From assembly GCA_964478165.1 (NCBI GenBank), contig CAYZGU010000004.1, positions 39,351-103,350 of the forward strand: a stretch of DNA of 64,000 nt, in the 5' to 3' direction. The notes below the pieces were generated by a model that saw nothing but the letters and a program-made list of their open reading frames with translations, was not told the origin of the DNA and did not search any database. Shown piece by piece: positions 1 through 9,604 of this stretch. The translations under genes and the position numbers were made by a program. The DNA comes from an uncultured bacterium. Its GTDB lineage: Bacteria; Poribacteria; WGA-4E; JAJDTR01. Each line of letters begins with the position of its first letter. The stretch's first letter is position 1.

Positions 1-511
1 GCGATGAAACCTTCCGTAAAATGCAATTGTTTTGCATTCTGTGAAAATGATTGTGAATGATGGGAGCTCGAACAGCTTGTTTGTGTTTGTGCAAACTGTT
101 GCGGAAGAGCTCCACAACAGAATTTCTATAGTCCTTAATGTAGAATGTTTTGAGTTGCCAGATACCAAAGAGAGAGCTGCAACAGATATTGATGGTGCCC
201 GTAATTGCACATAAGGCTTCTTTTTGGATTCAAAATTGTTTGCCTGGCGATTGAGATCTACACACTGGACATTTTATGGCAGTGCTGTGGACGTTCATAT
301 TTGCAACTTCTGTCCATGATGCTGATGACACATCATCGCAATTGCGGCCTATTTGAGAATCGCTCTACGCAAGAGGGTCTATATGTAATTGAATCGGATT
401 CTACAAACGATCGTCTGTTTTACAAATTCCTGATATTCGATTGGAGGTATGAACGAGAATTGTTTGGTCAAGATTTTTCTAGAATTCTGGATTCGACATA
501 GGTATCAGAGT

Positions 512-540
512 TTGACACCGATGTGTAATTGCGCTATACT
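512..540 (+). promoter_or_regulatory. sigma70-type promoter upstream of the LamG trio
   Basis: TTGACA (512-517), 17-nt spacer, TATACT (535-540); near-consensus. Confidence 0.65.
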
Positions 541-776
541 ACCGAAAATTTGCATAGTGTTGAAGAGATCAGAAAAGAAATTGTCCTTTCGAAAACCGAC
601 TTAAGAGTCTGAAGAGCAAGATACATAATGGCGCTCATCTTTTGTCTGTGTCAAGATTTAGTTTTTGTTGGAAGACGTATAACTGTTCTCAGAGTTTGGT
701 CTGCTCTTCAGTGGCTTCTGCGGGAAGCTATACAGCATCACACAGCTGTCGCAGTCTTAAGGCGGATGACAATAAA

Positions 777-1643
777 TTGAGAAAGGATCTAAAGGGGTGG
801 TACAGCCGGATAGTATGTATCAGCTTAGTTGTTCTGAACCCCAGCTTCGCGGGTTTCAGCTATTCCCAATCTGAATTCAACGGGCAAGTCGTTGGAATAT
901 GGCTCTTTGATGAAATTTACAAGAAAAAAGAGGGCAAGACTATCACCTACGTTATCAAAGATGCCTCTGGTAACGGTCATGATGCCCTGTTGGTTAATGA
1001 GCCAAAGTTGAGGGAAGGCAGGTTTGGGATGGCGATGGAATTTAGTCAAAGGAGAGGGAGTCACCTCTTGGTGCCGGACCATGAGGGGCTCCAACCCACC
1101 GAGCAAATCTCCATTCTTGCCTGGGTCAAAAGGCCGCCGACGGCCAAGGACACCGCACCGTACTACATTCTCGCCAAAGGTAACGTTTGGCAGGGCGATG
1201 ATCCTGGATATGGCATCGCCCTCCACAAGGTTTTTAACAACATGTTCTACTTCTGGTATAAGGGCGGGTTCAGGGGAACGGATGGGAGGAAAGACGATCA
1301 GTGGCATCATTATGCAGTTGTTGCCAAAGTGCAAACACGGGAACCAACACTTTACATTGACGGAGAGTTACAGCCTGTTAAGCACGGCGATGGTGTAAAA
1401 CAAATTGAATTCCTTCCTACACCGCTTGGTCAAACGATGGATCTGTTTATCGGTTCGATGAGGCCGGGACGATTTGATGCGCATAGTAACAACAGAATCG
1501 ATGAGGTTGCCATTTTCAATGCGGCGCTAACTCAAACAGAGATTTTAAAGTTGATGAAAGTTGGACTGCATCGCGGTTTTTTTTCTGTTTCACCAGCTGA
1601 CAAACTTTCCACAAGTTGGGCCAAACTTAAACGGTTGTGGTGA
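777..1643 (+). CDS. secreted LamG/concanavalin A-like domain protein with conserved C-terminal KLSTSW tail
   Basis: WLFDE..DASGNGHDA, ISILAWVK, WHHYAVV, LYIDGE, IDEVAIFNAALT are LamG_3 motifs. ORF track starts at 642, but TTG777 gives a signal-peptide-like N-terminus (start uncertain). Ends VSPADKLSTSWAKLK. Confidence 0.85.
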   Translation: MRKDLKGWYSRIVCISLVVLNPSFAGFSYSQSEFNGQVVGIWLFDEIYKKKEGKTITYVIKDASGNGHDALLVNEPKLREGRFGMAMEFSQRRGSHLLVPDHEGLQPTEQISILAWVKRPPTAKDTAPYYILAKGNVWQGDDPGYGIALHKVFNNMFYFWYKGGFRGTDGRKDDQWHHYAVVAKVQTREPTLYIDGELQPVKHGDGVKQIEFLPTPLGQTMDLFIGSMRPGRFDAHSNNRIDEVAIFNAALTQTEILKLMKVGLHRGFFSVSPADKLSTSWAKLKRLW

Positions 1644-1737
1644 GTAAAAGCATGTGACTGGATGCTTCAGCGGGTTGTTAGGGTTGTGTGTTTGCCGTTT
1701 CAGCGACTGTAGATAGGTTGCGGAGGAGAAGTTCGAA

Positions 1738-2589
1738 ATGAGACTGCGGAATATGATGTCTGTGTCAAGTTCGGTGCTTGTTCTGGGAATGTTGTGCTTT
1801 TCCGTACGGGCTCAGGAAGTCATTCCGGGGGCGGTGCTCCACCTTGACGCGTTGAATCAGAAGGTGACAGATCGAGCTTGGAAGAACCTTGGTTCACTAG
1901 GTGGGTCTGTATCCGCGGCGTTAGCAGATCAGATTCCGCGCTTAAGGGATGGCAGAATCAAGATTCCGGAAGTTGGGTATAGTCGAGTTGCGAAGTGGTA
2001 TGTTGCTAGGGATATAGGTCAGGGATTCGCCGGCACACCGGGGAAAGCTCCAAAGTTAAAACTTGAAGATTGGACAGCTGAATTTCTCGCGAAGCGCAAC
2101 GGTCCAAAGTGGCCTAGGCTTATTAAAGCAGCCCAATTTGCCGGCTTCCACTCGGAAGACAAGGGGCAGGGATTTCGGATACTATTACATGGAGGTGGTA
2201 CTGGGAAAATGACCGTGTTCATCAAGGGGCAACATAACCTGAAAGGGAAATGGTTTGGCGCCGATAGAGTGGGGATTGACATTGACGAGGGCGAGTGGCA
2301 CTGGTTGGCTTTTGTTTTTAGGAATAGAAGAACCCTTGAAACCTACCAAAATGGTGAGAAGTTAGCTACAATCGAAACCGATCAGGACTTTGCGGTTGAC
2401 TCCTTTATGGCTCCTACAATATTTAACGCTTGGAATCAACATGCTTTTAATGGTGCAATTTCCATTGTGCGAATCTATGGGCGCGCGCTGAGCGAAAAGG
2501 AGCTTAACCGAAATATCACAGGAGATCTGTCGGTCAAGTGCGCGAATAAACTCGCGACTAGCTGGGCCGAGGTAAAGCGGGCACAGTAA
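1738..2589 (+). CDS. secreted LamG-like jellyroll protein
   Basis: GGAGGAG RBS; signal peptide (..SVRA|QE); LHLDA, WHWLAFVF, YQNG, FNGAISIVRIYGRALS; tail SVKCANKLATSWAEVK. Confidence 0.85.
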   Translation: MRLRNMMSVSSSVLVLGMLCFSVRAQEVIPGAVLHLDALNQKVTDRAWKNLGSLGGSVSAALADQIPRLRDGRIKIPEVGYSRVAKWYVARDIGQGFAGTPGKAPKLKLEDWTAEFLAKRNGPKWPRLIKAAQFAGFHSEDKGQGFRILLHGGGTGKMTVFIKGQHNLKGKWFGADRVGIDIDEGEWHWLAFVFRNRRTLETYQNGEKLATIETDQDFAVDSFMAPTIFNAWNQHAFNGAISIVRIYGRALSEKELNRNITGDLSVKCANKLATSWAEVKRAQ

Positions 2590-2666
2590 ATTAATTCTAG
2601 CGGTGTGAGACACTGTCCGTCATGAAAAAATGACGCATTGTAATGCGTTCCAATGAGAGGATTGAC

Positions 2667-3542
2667 ATGACAAGATCAATACGAACGACTTTTTTTTTAA
2701 GTGCCTTTGTCCTGGGCGTAATTTGTCCGATACTATTCGCTCAAGATACGGTTCCTGGGTCTCTTCTCCACCTCGATGCCAATATGCAGCATCCGAGGGA
2801 CACGGCATGGAACAACCTGGGCGTATTGGGCGGTAAGCTAGGAACCGCACGTGGAGACGCGACACCGGAGCTGAAAGGTGGCGAAATTAGGATTCCGCAG
2901 ATTGGATTTACCCGGAAAGCTAAATGGTATACGGCTAAGGGGGTAGGTCGGGCATTCGCGGGCGTGGGGGGAAAAGCTGGAGAGCTAAAAATCAAGGATT
3001 GGACATTGGAGTTCCTTGCGAGGCGCAACGGTGCAAAGTGGCCTGGGCAGGTGCTTGCTGCCGAGTTTGCTGGCTTCCACGCGGAGAATCGGGAAAGCCA
3101 GGGATTGCGGATTCTCATGCACGGGGGTGATACAGGAAAGCTTATTCTCTGGATGAAAGGGAAGAATAGCCCGAAGGCAAAATGGTTTGGAGCAGACAAG
3201 TTGAAGATTGATCTTGGAAAGGACGATTGGCACTGGATTGCTTTTGTCTTTAACAATAAGAAAACTCTTGAGACCTATTTGGATGGAAAGAGGGTGGGGA
3301 GAATTGAAACCGACCAGAGCTTTGATGGTGAAACTCCGATGTCGACTACAGTGTTCAGTGCATGGGACCATCGGTCGTTCAATGGTTCAATCTCCATCGT
3401 GCGCATCTATGGACGACCACTGAGCCAAAAAGAACTTAATCTAAACATAAGTGGCGACTTGCGGGTCGGTTTTGTAAATAAACTCGCAACGACCTGGGGT
3501 AAAGTGAGAACAGGCTCGGACGGGATTGTAGCCGCAGATTAA
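2667..3542 (+). CDS. secreted LamG-like jellyroll protein, tandem paralog of 1738..2589
   Basis: Collinear with the previous ORF (LHLDA, DWTxEFLAxRNGxKWP, AxFAGFH, FNGSISIVRIYGR); ATG2667 after GAGAGG; tail VGFVNKLATTWGKVR. Confidence 0.85.
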   Translation: MTRSIRTTFFLSAFVLGVICPILFAQDTVPGSLLHLDANMQHPRDTAWNNLGVLGGKLGTARGDATPELKGGEIRIPQIGFTRKAKWYTAKGVGRAFAGVGGKAGELKIKDWTLEFLARRNGAKWPGQVLAAEFAGFHAENRESQGLRILMHGGDTGKLILWMKGKNSPKAKWFGADKLKIDLGKDDWHWIAFVFNNKKTLETYLDGKRVGRIETDQSFDGETPMSTTVFSAWDHRSFNGSISIVRIYGRPLSQKELNLNISGDLRVGFVNKLATTWGKVRTGSDGIVAAD

Positions 3543-3566
3543 ATGGGAGTCAATTGCCCATTTTTT
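3541..3566 (+). terminator. possible intrinsic terminator after the LamG trio
   Basis: AAATGGG..CCCATTT inverted repeat running into a T6 tract at the stop codon; short stem. Confidence 0.4.
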
Positions 3567-4699
3567 GGTTTCTCGGTTAACAAAAACAAGTCACTGATTA
3601 TTTTTTAATGGCGTCTAAGCGTAGGTGCTTTGTAGGTATTTTGTCGAGTTCTGCGCTTAGTTTGCACCAAAGTCGTAAGGGTTGTCGACGAGCATAGTCT
3701 GGTTGTCAGTCATGGGACATGTTGTTTTTTATTGACTTACATCCTGGCTTGTGTCAAGATAGAGCTTGTTAGTTCAGATGAGATTTCTCCTGGAATTAGA
3801 TAGTCTTGCCCCCTCCCGAAATCTGGAATAGGGATTGCGGCTGTGAATATTTGATCGGTCAGGGAGTCAATTCTCACAGTTCTGGCTATCTGTTGGTTCT
3901 CTCCATTTTGGGCTCTGAGACGCAAAATTGTGCGCGTGTGCCTAATCTGGAATGTAGGTCAATCAAGTTTCTAGCGCGGGCATGATAGCGATGCTGAATG
4001 CCGAATTCGGATAGCCCGTTAACAGGCTCACAATTGGCGCTAAGTCTTTTAATTCACTTGGGACTCAATAAGCCGCCGATTCCTGTGGCTGGTGTGCACC
4101 TGCGGGTGGACCCTTTGTTGAATGATTGTGCCTGAGAAGGAGAAAAAAGGTAAGTGTAACGTCTTGGAATGATCTGAAAAGTGCTTCCATGTTGGAATCT
4201 CCGATAACGATTGCTTAATTATGTTGAGAAACGTGATGCCCGCGTCCGAAAAACCTGGATAAACGGTGATTTCGCACTGGTTGCGACGCAAGCTAATACG
4301 GTGTTGGGTCCAAGTTGGATTGGTGTTAGTTAGCTCTAGAGCAAGTATTACACAATATGTCCAGTGCACATTGGTCAATTATTGAGTACAACCTAGCGAT
4401 TTTCAAGAGCCGTTGTGTGGTGGTTTCCCGGGTGGCTAGATTTGATAGAGGCGTGTTCCAACAATGTTTCTAAAGATTGGTCATCTGATGCAGGTTTTGA
4501 GTTCTTAGGAAAGTCCATTGAGGCCTCGTGAGATTAGAGTGTGCACCGGCCCATGTTTTCTGATAGGTCCATTCGACATTCCCCTGGATGGCGTGTTAGG
4601 TGATAGATCTCGCGCTTGATTATAGAACTTAATAGAACATAGAAAATTTGCCGATTAGGGTGTGTAACGGAAAATTAATTACTCCGGGAGGTATAATTG

Positions 4700-5386
4700 A
4701 TGAGTGACAAGCTGAAAATCTTAATTACTGGTGCTGCTGGTTCTGTTGGTTCGACACTCGTGAAAGGTATGAAAGACAGGTACTCGATTCGTGGCCTCGA
4801 CCGGCAACCAATGGCTGGTATCGAAGACGCAATCATCGGAGACGTAGCTGATTTGGATCTTGTGCGTCAGGTGACTAAAGATATGGATGCCGTCGTTCAT
4901 CTGACTGGCGTCGACCATGAATGGGAAGGTGTTCTTCAGAGTAATTTAATTGGCACCTATAATATTTTCGAAGCGTGTCGTCTGAACGGAGTTCGTCGCA
5001 TTGTCTACGCGAGCCGGGCCGGGGTTCTTGGTCCATATCCCCAGAACATCATGCGGACAATCGACATGATACCCCGCCCTGTCGGTCATTATACTGTAAG
5101 CAAAGTGTTTGGAGAAGCCATGGGCTATTCGTATTCCAGTCGATATGACATTGAGTTTGTGGGAGTACGAATCGGAAATTTTAACCGCACAAGGCCTCAA
5201 ACTGAGCATCCACACCATCTCAGTCATGGTGATGCAGTGCGGGTATTTGAGCGAGCCATCATACATCCAAATGTCAAATACGAGGTGGTGTTTGGCGTAT
5301 CTGATAGTAACTGGCCGATGTATGATTTAGACCACGGACGTCTGGCGATCGGTTATTATCCCCAGGATCGTTCTGAGCACAAATAG
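4700..5386 (+). CDS. NAD-dependent epimerase/dehydratase family SDR, uronate dehydrogenase-like
   Basis: ILITGAAGSVG Rossmann motif, YTVSK catalytic YxxxK, RIGNF; GGAGG RBS; paralog at 44264. Confidence 0.85.
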   Translation: MSDKLKILITGAAGSVGSTLVKGMKDRYSIRGLDRQPMAGIEDAIIGDVADLDLVRQVTKDMDAVVHLTGVDHEWEGVLQSNLIGTYNIFEACRLNGVRRIVYASRAGVLGPYPQNIMRTIDMIPRPVGHYTVSKVFGEAMGYSYSSRYDIEFVGVRIGNFNRTRPQTEHPHHLSHGDAVRVFERAIIHPNVKYEVVFGVSDSNWPMYDLDHGRLAIGYYPQDRSEHK

Positions 5387-5736
5387 CACGCGAATGGAGA
5401 TGGTATTCAGGCGTGTTGTGTGGTGCTACGACACATGCCATTGGCCTAATCACGACCTTCTGGAGTCTCCTAGGTCAGAGTGTTTCCCATTACTCATTTG
5501 CTCAAAGTCAGGAGTGCGACGTTTGAAGAAATTCCAGCCGTCGCGGTCTCAACCGGTCAACACTCCTGTTAAATGCTGATTGTTCTGATGGTTTTGGTGA
5601 GAAATTCAATTCTCGTTCGTGATCTATTAATGCTCAAAACGGTTTATCGATTGTTTTCTTGCGACAAGCCATCGCTGTTGCATTGACAAAAGTTCTGCAA
5701 ATATCGAATTTGTAATTTCTGGAGGTAAAAACTTTA

Positions 5737-7686
5737 ATGACAACCCCAAGCGCTAGGGCAAATGCGATCTCCGTTGCTGGAATGATACAAATTACAGCAA
5801 CAGAATTTTCATCTCCTCCTGGTTGGGCGCTTTTGGAGCGTCAGCTGATTAGCCTCATGGAGGAAGCAGTCGAATTGGCGGCGAAGAAATATGCTCGCCC
5901 CGATGGTACCCCCTATCGTGTGGATGATGTAGATGATACCTATGAGGCCCACTCGTACAAAGGGCTTCTCCATGCCATTGGTGCGAACGATCGAATCCTG
6001 GAAATCGGTCTGCGGGAATGGAACGCGATTACCCGGTTTTTTGATGATGGCATCGTGCGCCGCGGTGATGACCCCACACATCCCAATTTCCGGGTGCAAC
6101 TCCACAACGAATATTATAATCTAGATGGTCCCGCCGATTGGTTTCACATGGGTGAAGGCAATCAATCATTTTATTGCTTCGGTCTCGCGGATCCTGCCAA
6201 TTCCGAGAACGTTCGTCGTGCTAAACGATTTGCCGGAATGTACATGGACGAAGATCCAGAGGCTCAGAATTATGATCCTAAGTATAAGATTATCCGCTCT
6301 CCGTTCCATGGTGGGGTTGGGCCTCGGTTTCATGCAGATATCGAACAGGTTAAAGTTCTCCTAGATCCGGTCTACTATCCAAATGGTGTTGCTACAGGGC
6401 ATGCGCAGCGCTCGAATCTCCATCCAGTTGTTGTGGATTTGGAAGACGACTGGTTTAAGAACCCAGTGCGTGCCGAGGAAATTCTGAAAACCTTCGAAGA
6501 TGTGGTGCTCAATGGAGACATACCCGACAATTTGTCGGCTACCGCCCTCATGACGAACGCATATCTTTACACAGGCGAAAACAAGTACAAACAGTGGGTT
6601 CTGGAGTATACTGAAGCGTGGATGGAGAGGACACGCAAGAACAATGGAATCATCCCAGACAATGTCGGACCAACCGGCAAAATTGGCGAACAGCGTGGAG
6701 GCCAGTGGTGGGGCGGTTTTTACGGATGGAATAGCCGAAACTCAGCTCGAAACGCGTTCTTAGCCGCTACTGTGGCGGCAGAATGCGCGCTTCTGCTCAC
6801 TGGTGATTATGGTTATCTCGAACTGATACGCTCACAAATCGAGTTTCTGTTGAGCCTCGCGAAGACGCGCGAAGACGGTCAATTATTAGTGCCGACACGC
6901 ATGACTCCCGACGGTTGGGAAGGATATAAGCCCAGAGGTATCCAATGGTTGGCACGTGTGTACCACGCCTCGATGGATTCGAAAGACCGCGACCTGATTT
7001 TAAGGCTGCGCGACGGTGAGCGCGAGGTCGATTGGAATGCAGTGGAGGTAGCTTCAGATCGCAGTTCTGGGAACTTGGAAGCACGATTTCAGTACTATGA
7101 TGGGCGTAATCCCGATTGGCCCGAAAAGCGCTTGAGTGCTGAGTATGAATACGTCTTGGCCATGTTTGAGTTTATGAAACGCGATCCGCGCGATACCTCG
7201 CAGATTATTGCTGATAACAAATGGCCTCCCAATCCTGTCGTTACCAAAGGTCTGACACAAGTGACGATGGGTTCACCGCAGCCTGTCTACAACGGGGGGC
7301 TCTTACGGGCGCAAGTACGCTACTTCGATCCAGATAACGCGCGCGCTGGTCTGCCCAACGATGTAGCATCGTTGGTTGACAAACTTGAATCTGACGAAAT
7401 CGGTATTCAATTCGTGAACCTCAGCAGAACTGAAGCTCGTCAAATTGTTGTTCAGGCAGGTGCTTTCGGGGAACATCAGTTCACGGAAGTGCGCTTCCGT
7501 GAAGAGCACTCGGACAAGAGGGGGACGAATAACGAATTCAGTAATCGGGTGCTTCCTGTCGACGGGAAGCATTTTGTGCTCCAGCTTCCCCCCTCGGGGA
7601 GCATTCGTCTTGAGGCTGGTATGCGACGCTTTGTGAATCGGCCGAGTTATGCTTTTCCCTGGCAAGGAGACAAAGTGCCGTTCTAA
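5737..7686 (+). CDS. uncharacterised ~650 aa protein, PPxWALLERxLI family paralog 1 (predicted alpha/alpha toroid)
   Basis: Long ORF with GGAGG RBS; shares PPGWALLER, HMGEGN, TNAYLYTG, PDNVGPTG, WWGGxYGW, YNGGLLRA, RRFVNxPSYxFPW with three paralogs. Function unknown. Confidence 0.85.
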   Translation: MTTPSARANAISVAGMIQITATEFSSPPGWALLERQLISLMEEAVELAAKKYARPDGTPYRVDDVDDTYEAHSYKGLLHAIGANDRILEIGLREWNAITRFFDDGIVRRGDDPTHPNFRVQLHNEYYNLDGPADWFHMGEGNQSFYCFGLADPANSENVRRAKRFAGMYMDEDPEAQNYDPKYKIIRSPFHGGVGPRFHADIEQVKVLLDPVYYPNGVATGHAQRSNLHPVVVDLEDDWFKNPVRAEEILKTFEDVVLNGDIPDNLSATALMTNAYLYTGENKYKQWVLEYTEAWMERTRKNNGIIPDNVGPTGKIGEQRGGQWWGGFYGWNSRNSARNAFLAATVAAECALLLTGDYGYLELIRSQIEFLLSLAKTREDGQLLVPTRMTPDGWEGYKPRGIQWLARVYHASMDSKDRDLILRLRDGEREVDWNAVEVASDRSSGNLEARFQYYDGRNPDWPEKRLSAEYEYVLAMFEFMKRDPRDTSQIIADNKWPPNPVVTKGLTQVTMGSPQPVYNGGLLRAQVRYFDPDNARAGLPNDVASLVDKLESDEIGIQFVNLSRTEARQIVVQAGAFGEHQFTEVRFREEHSDKRGTNNEFSNRVLPVDGKHFVLQLPPSGSIRLEAGMRRFVNRPSYAFPWQGDKVPF

Positions 7687-7701
7687 TGGAACTGATTCTC
7701 C

Positions 7702-8577
7702 ATGAAAATATCTCATCGTAATCCAAAACTCCCAAGAGAAACCGTGATTAATATCGAGGGTTTGCGTCGGGCCGTGACCCTCATGCACATTACCGACTCG
7801 CATTTAAGCCTGGCCGATGGCAGGGATCCAAAGGCACTGCCGCTGACTCGAAAGCGTGAACTGAAGAGGCCAGAAACGCATGCGCGCTTTACTGAAGCTC
7901 TCGCCCGAAGCAATCAACTGGAAGTGGATGCCACTGTTTTGACTGGGGACATCACGAGCTTTCCGTCATGGGCTGGAATCGAAGCGATTGCTGAAGGCCT
8001 AGCGACTCTCTCGGAGCCTTACCTATACACTTTGGGAAATCACGACTGGTCCTTCCCATTTCTTGAGTGGAACGATGCTACTCGAGACGAGTACTATCCA
8101 CGGTTTCATAGTATTATCGACGGGTCCCCGCACTGTCAAGTGAAAGAAGTTGGTGGGGTCAAGTTGATTGCCCTTGACAACAGCAATTATCAGATTTCGA
8201 GGGCTCAGCTAAATTTTCTCGAGGAACAGTTGTCGACGGGACTACCCTGTATGTTGTTTATTCATATCCCCATCTTCATACGATCACTCATGCCCGCCGT
8301 TCTAAAAAAATGGAAAAATCCGATTGTGATGGCAGCAACGGAAGGCTGGGATAGTGAGCTGATCGCCCGGTCTGATTTTCTTGCCAGAGAAACAACTCGC
8401 ATGTGCTACAAATTCTTAACCGAAGGAGCGTCGGAAAACATCGTCGGGATTTTTTGTGGACACGTTCATTTTGCACATGCCGATGCCTATCGTCCGAACC
8501 GATTTCAATATGTAACTGATCCGGGTTTCGATGGCGGTTTTCGCCTCATCAGACTGGAACCGAATTCTTCGAGTTAG
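7702..8577 (+). CDS. calcineurin-like metallophosphoesterase
   Basis: DSH, GDI, GNHD, HIP, GHVH motifs in canonical order. Confidence 0.9.
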   Translation: MKISHRNPKLPRETVINIEGLRRAVTLMHITDSHLSLADGRDPKALPLTRKRELKRPETHARFTEALARSNQLEVDATVLTGDITSFPSWAGIEAIAEGLATLSEPYLYTLGNHDWSFPFLEWNDATRDEYYPRFHSIIDGSPHCQVKEVGGVKLIALDNSNYQISRAQLNFLEEQLSTGLPCMLFIHIPIFIRSLMPAVLKKWKNPIVMAATEGWDSELIARSDFLARETTRMCYKFLTEGASENIVGIFCGHVHFAHADAYRPNRFQYVTDPGFDGGFRLIRLEPNSSS

Positions 8578-8703
8578 TGTTCTTGTCGATGTCGCTGTTT
8601 TGTAGGATTGCGAGAATATAATTTAGATCGAACTTCTACTTTATTATTTGCGGTCTTTTTGGTAGGATGAACTCAGTATGGCTAAAGGGAAAGGAGATGA
8701 ATT

Positions 8704-9561
8704 GTGACAAGCGAGAGAACAGCACAGCCGCTTCGAATCCTTGTTGTTAAGGCCCATCCACACGATTTTACCCATTGTGCTGGTACTTGTGGTGTTCACT
8801 CTAGTACTGGCGATGCGGTTACATTAGTCTGTGTGACAGATGGCATTCTCACACACAACGAACGACTTCATGATGAATTGCTCAAACCAGAGGAGGATCG
8901 AGATCCAGTTGTAATCAATCAGACGGCACAGGAGTATGCTGAAATTAAAGCTTCGGAAATTCGTGAGGTGTGTGCTCTTTTCGAAGTGACAGACGTGCGT
9001 TTTCTCGGCTTTCCACAGCCATTTCGGTTAGAGAGAACACCTGAAGTTGTGGAAAAATTGCGGGACATTATCTACGATGTGCGCCCCCACGTGATGATTA
9101 CGCAAAGTCCGTTCCTCAAGGGACATCACGGAATGGCTCCTACCCACCGCGATGATCACACTGAAACAGCGATTGCTGTTCATGAGGCAATGGGTCTAGC
9201 GGCGACAGCTACCCACTCTGCTAAGGAGAGGCCGCATACTATTGCGGCGATCTATTATCCCGGGGTCTATTTTATGGATGATGAGATGGATTTCTATGTC
9301 GACATCTCTGGATGGCATGAGCAACGTATACAGGCGGAGATCCTCTTCAGCAGTCAGGCGCAGACGGAAGCACTCGCGCGCAAGCGAGTGGAAATCGCTG
9401 CCGGACACATGGGGTGGGTAAGTGGAACGGAATACGCGGAAGGGTTCGTCCGCGCGAAGCCAGAGCTATTGCCGCGAATCACGGTCGCGGAATCATCACT
9501 GAAACGCGCTGAAGAACCTCGAATCAAACACTTAAAGCGCATGTCAGGTGAGTTAAAGTAA
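8704..9561 (+). CDS. PIG-L/LmbE family metalloenzyme (deacetylase-like)
   Basis: AHPHD motif, VTDG, VRPHVMIT, HRDDH, YVDIS, YAEGF; AAGGAG RBS with GTG start. Confidence 0.8.
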   Translation: MTSERTAQPLRILVVKAHPHDFTHCAGTCGVHSSTGDAVTLVCVTDGILTHNERLHDELLKPEEDRDPVVINQTAQEYAEIKASEIREVCALFEVTDVRFLGFPQPFRLERTPEVVEKLRDIIYDVRPHVMITQSPFLKGHHGMAPTHRDDHTETAIAVHEAMGLAATATHSAKERPHTIAAIYYPGVYFMDDEMDFYVDISGWHEQRIQAEILFSSQAQTEALARKRVEIAAGHMGWVSGTEYAEGFVRAKPELLPRITVAESSLKRAEEPRIKHLKRMSGELK

Positions 9562-9604
9562 GAGCATCACGAATTGAGGATCGATATTGGAAGGAGTTAA
9601 ACTA

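Noticed and set aside
32-501. Short + ORFs 32..214 and 205..501
   Set aside because: TTG starts, no RBS or recognisable motif; probably non-coding or decayed sequence
3543-4696. 1.15-kb gap with minus ORFs 3737..3925 and 4049..4378; checked for ncRNA, CRISPR and IS ends
   Set aside because: No repeat array, tRNA, riboswitch core or terminal inverted repeats seen by eye; ORFs lack motifs. An Rfam search would be needed to exclude an RNA
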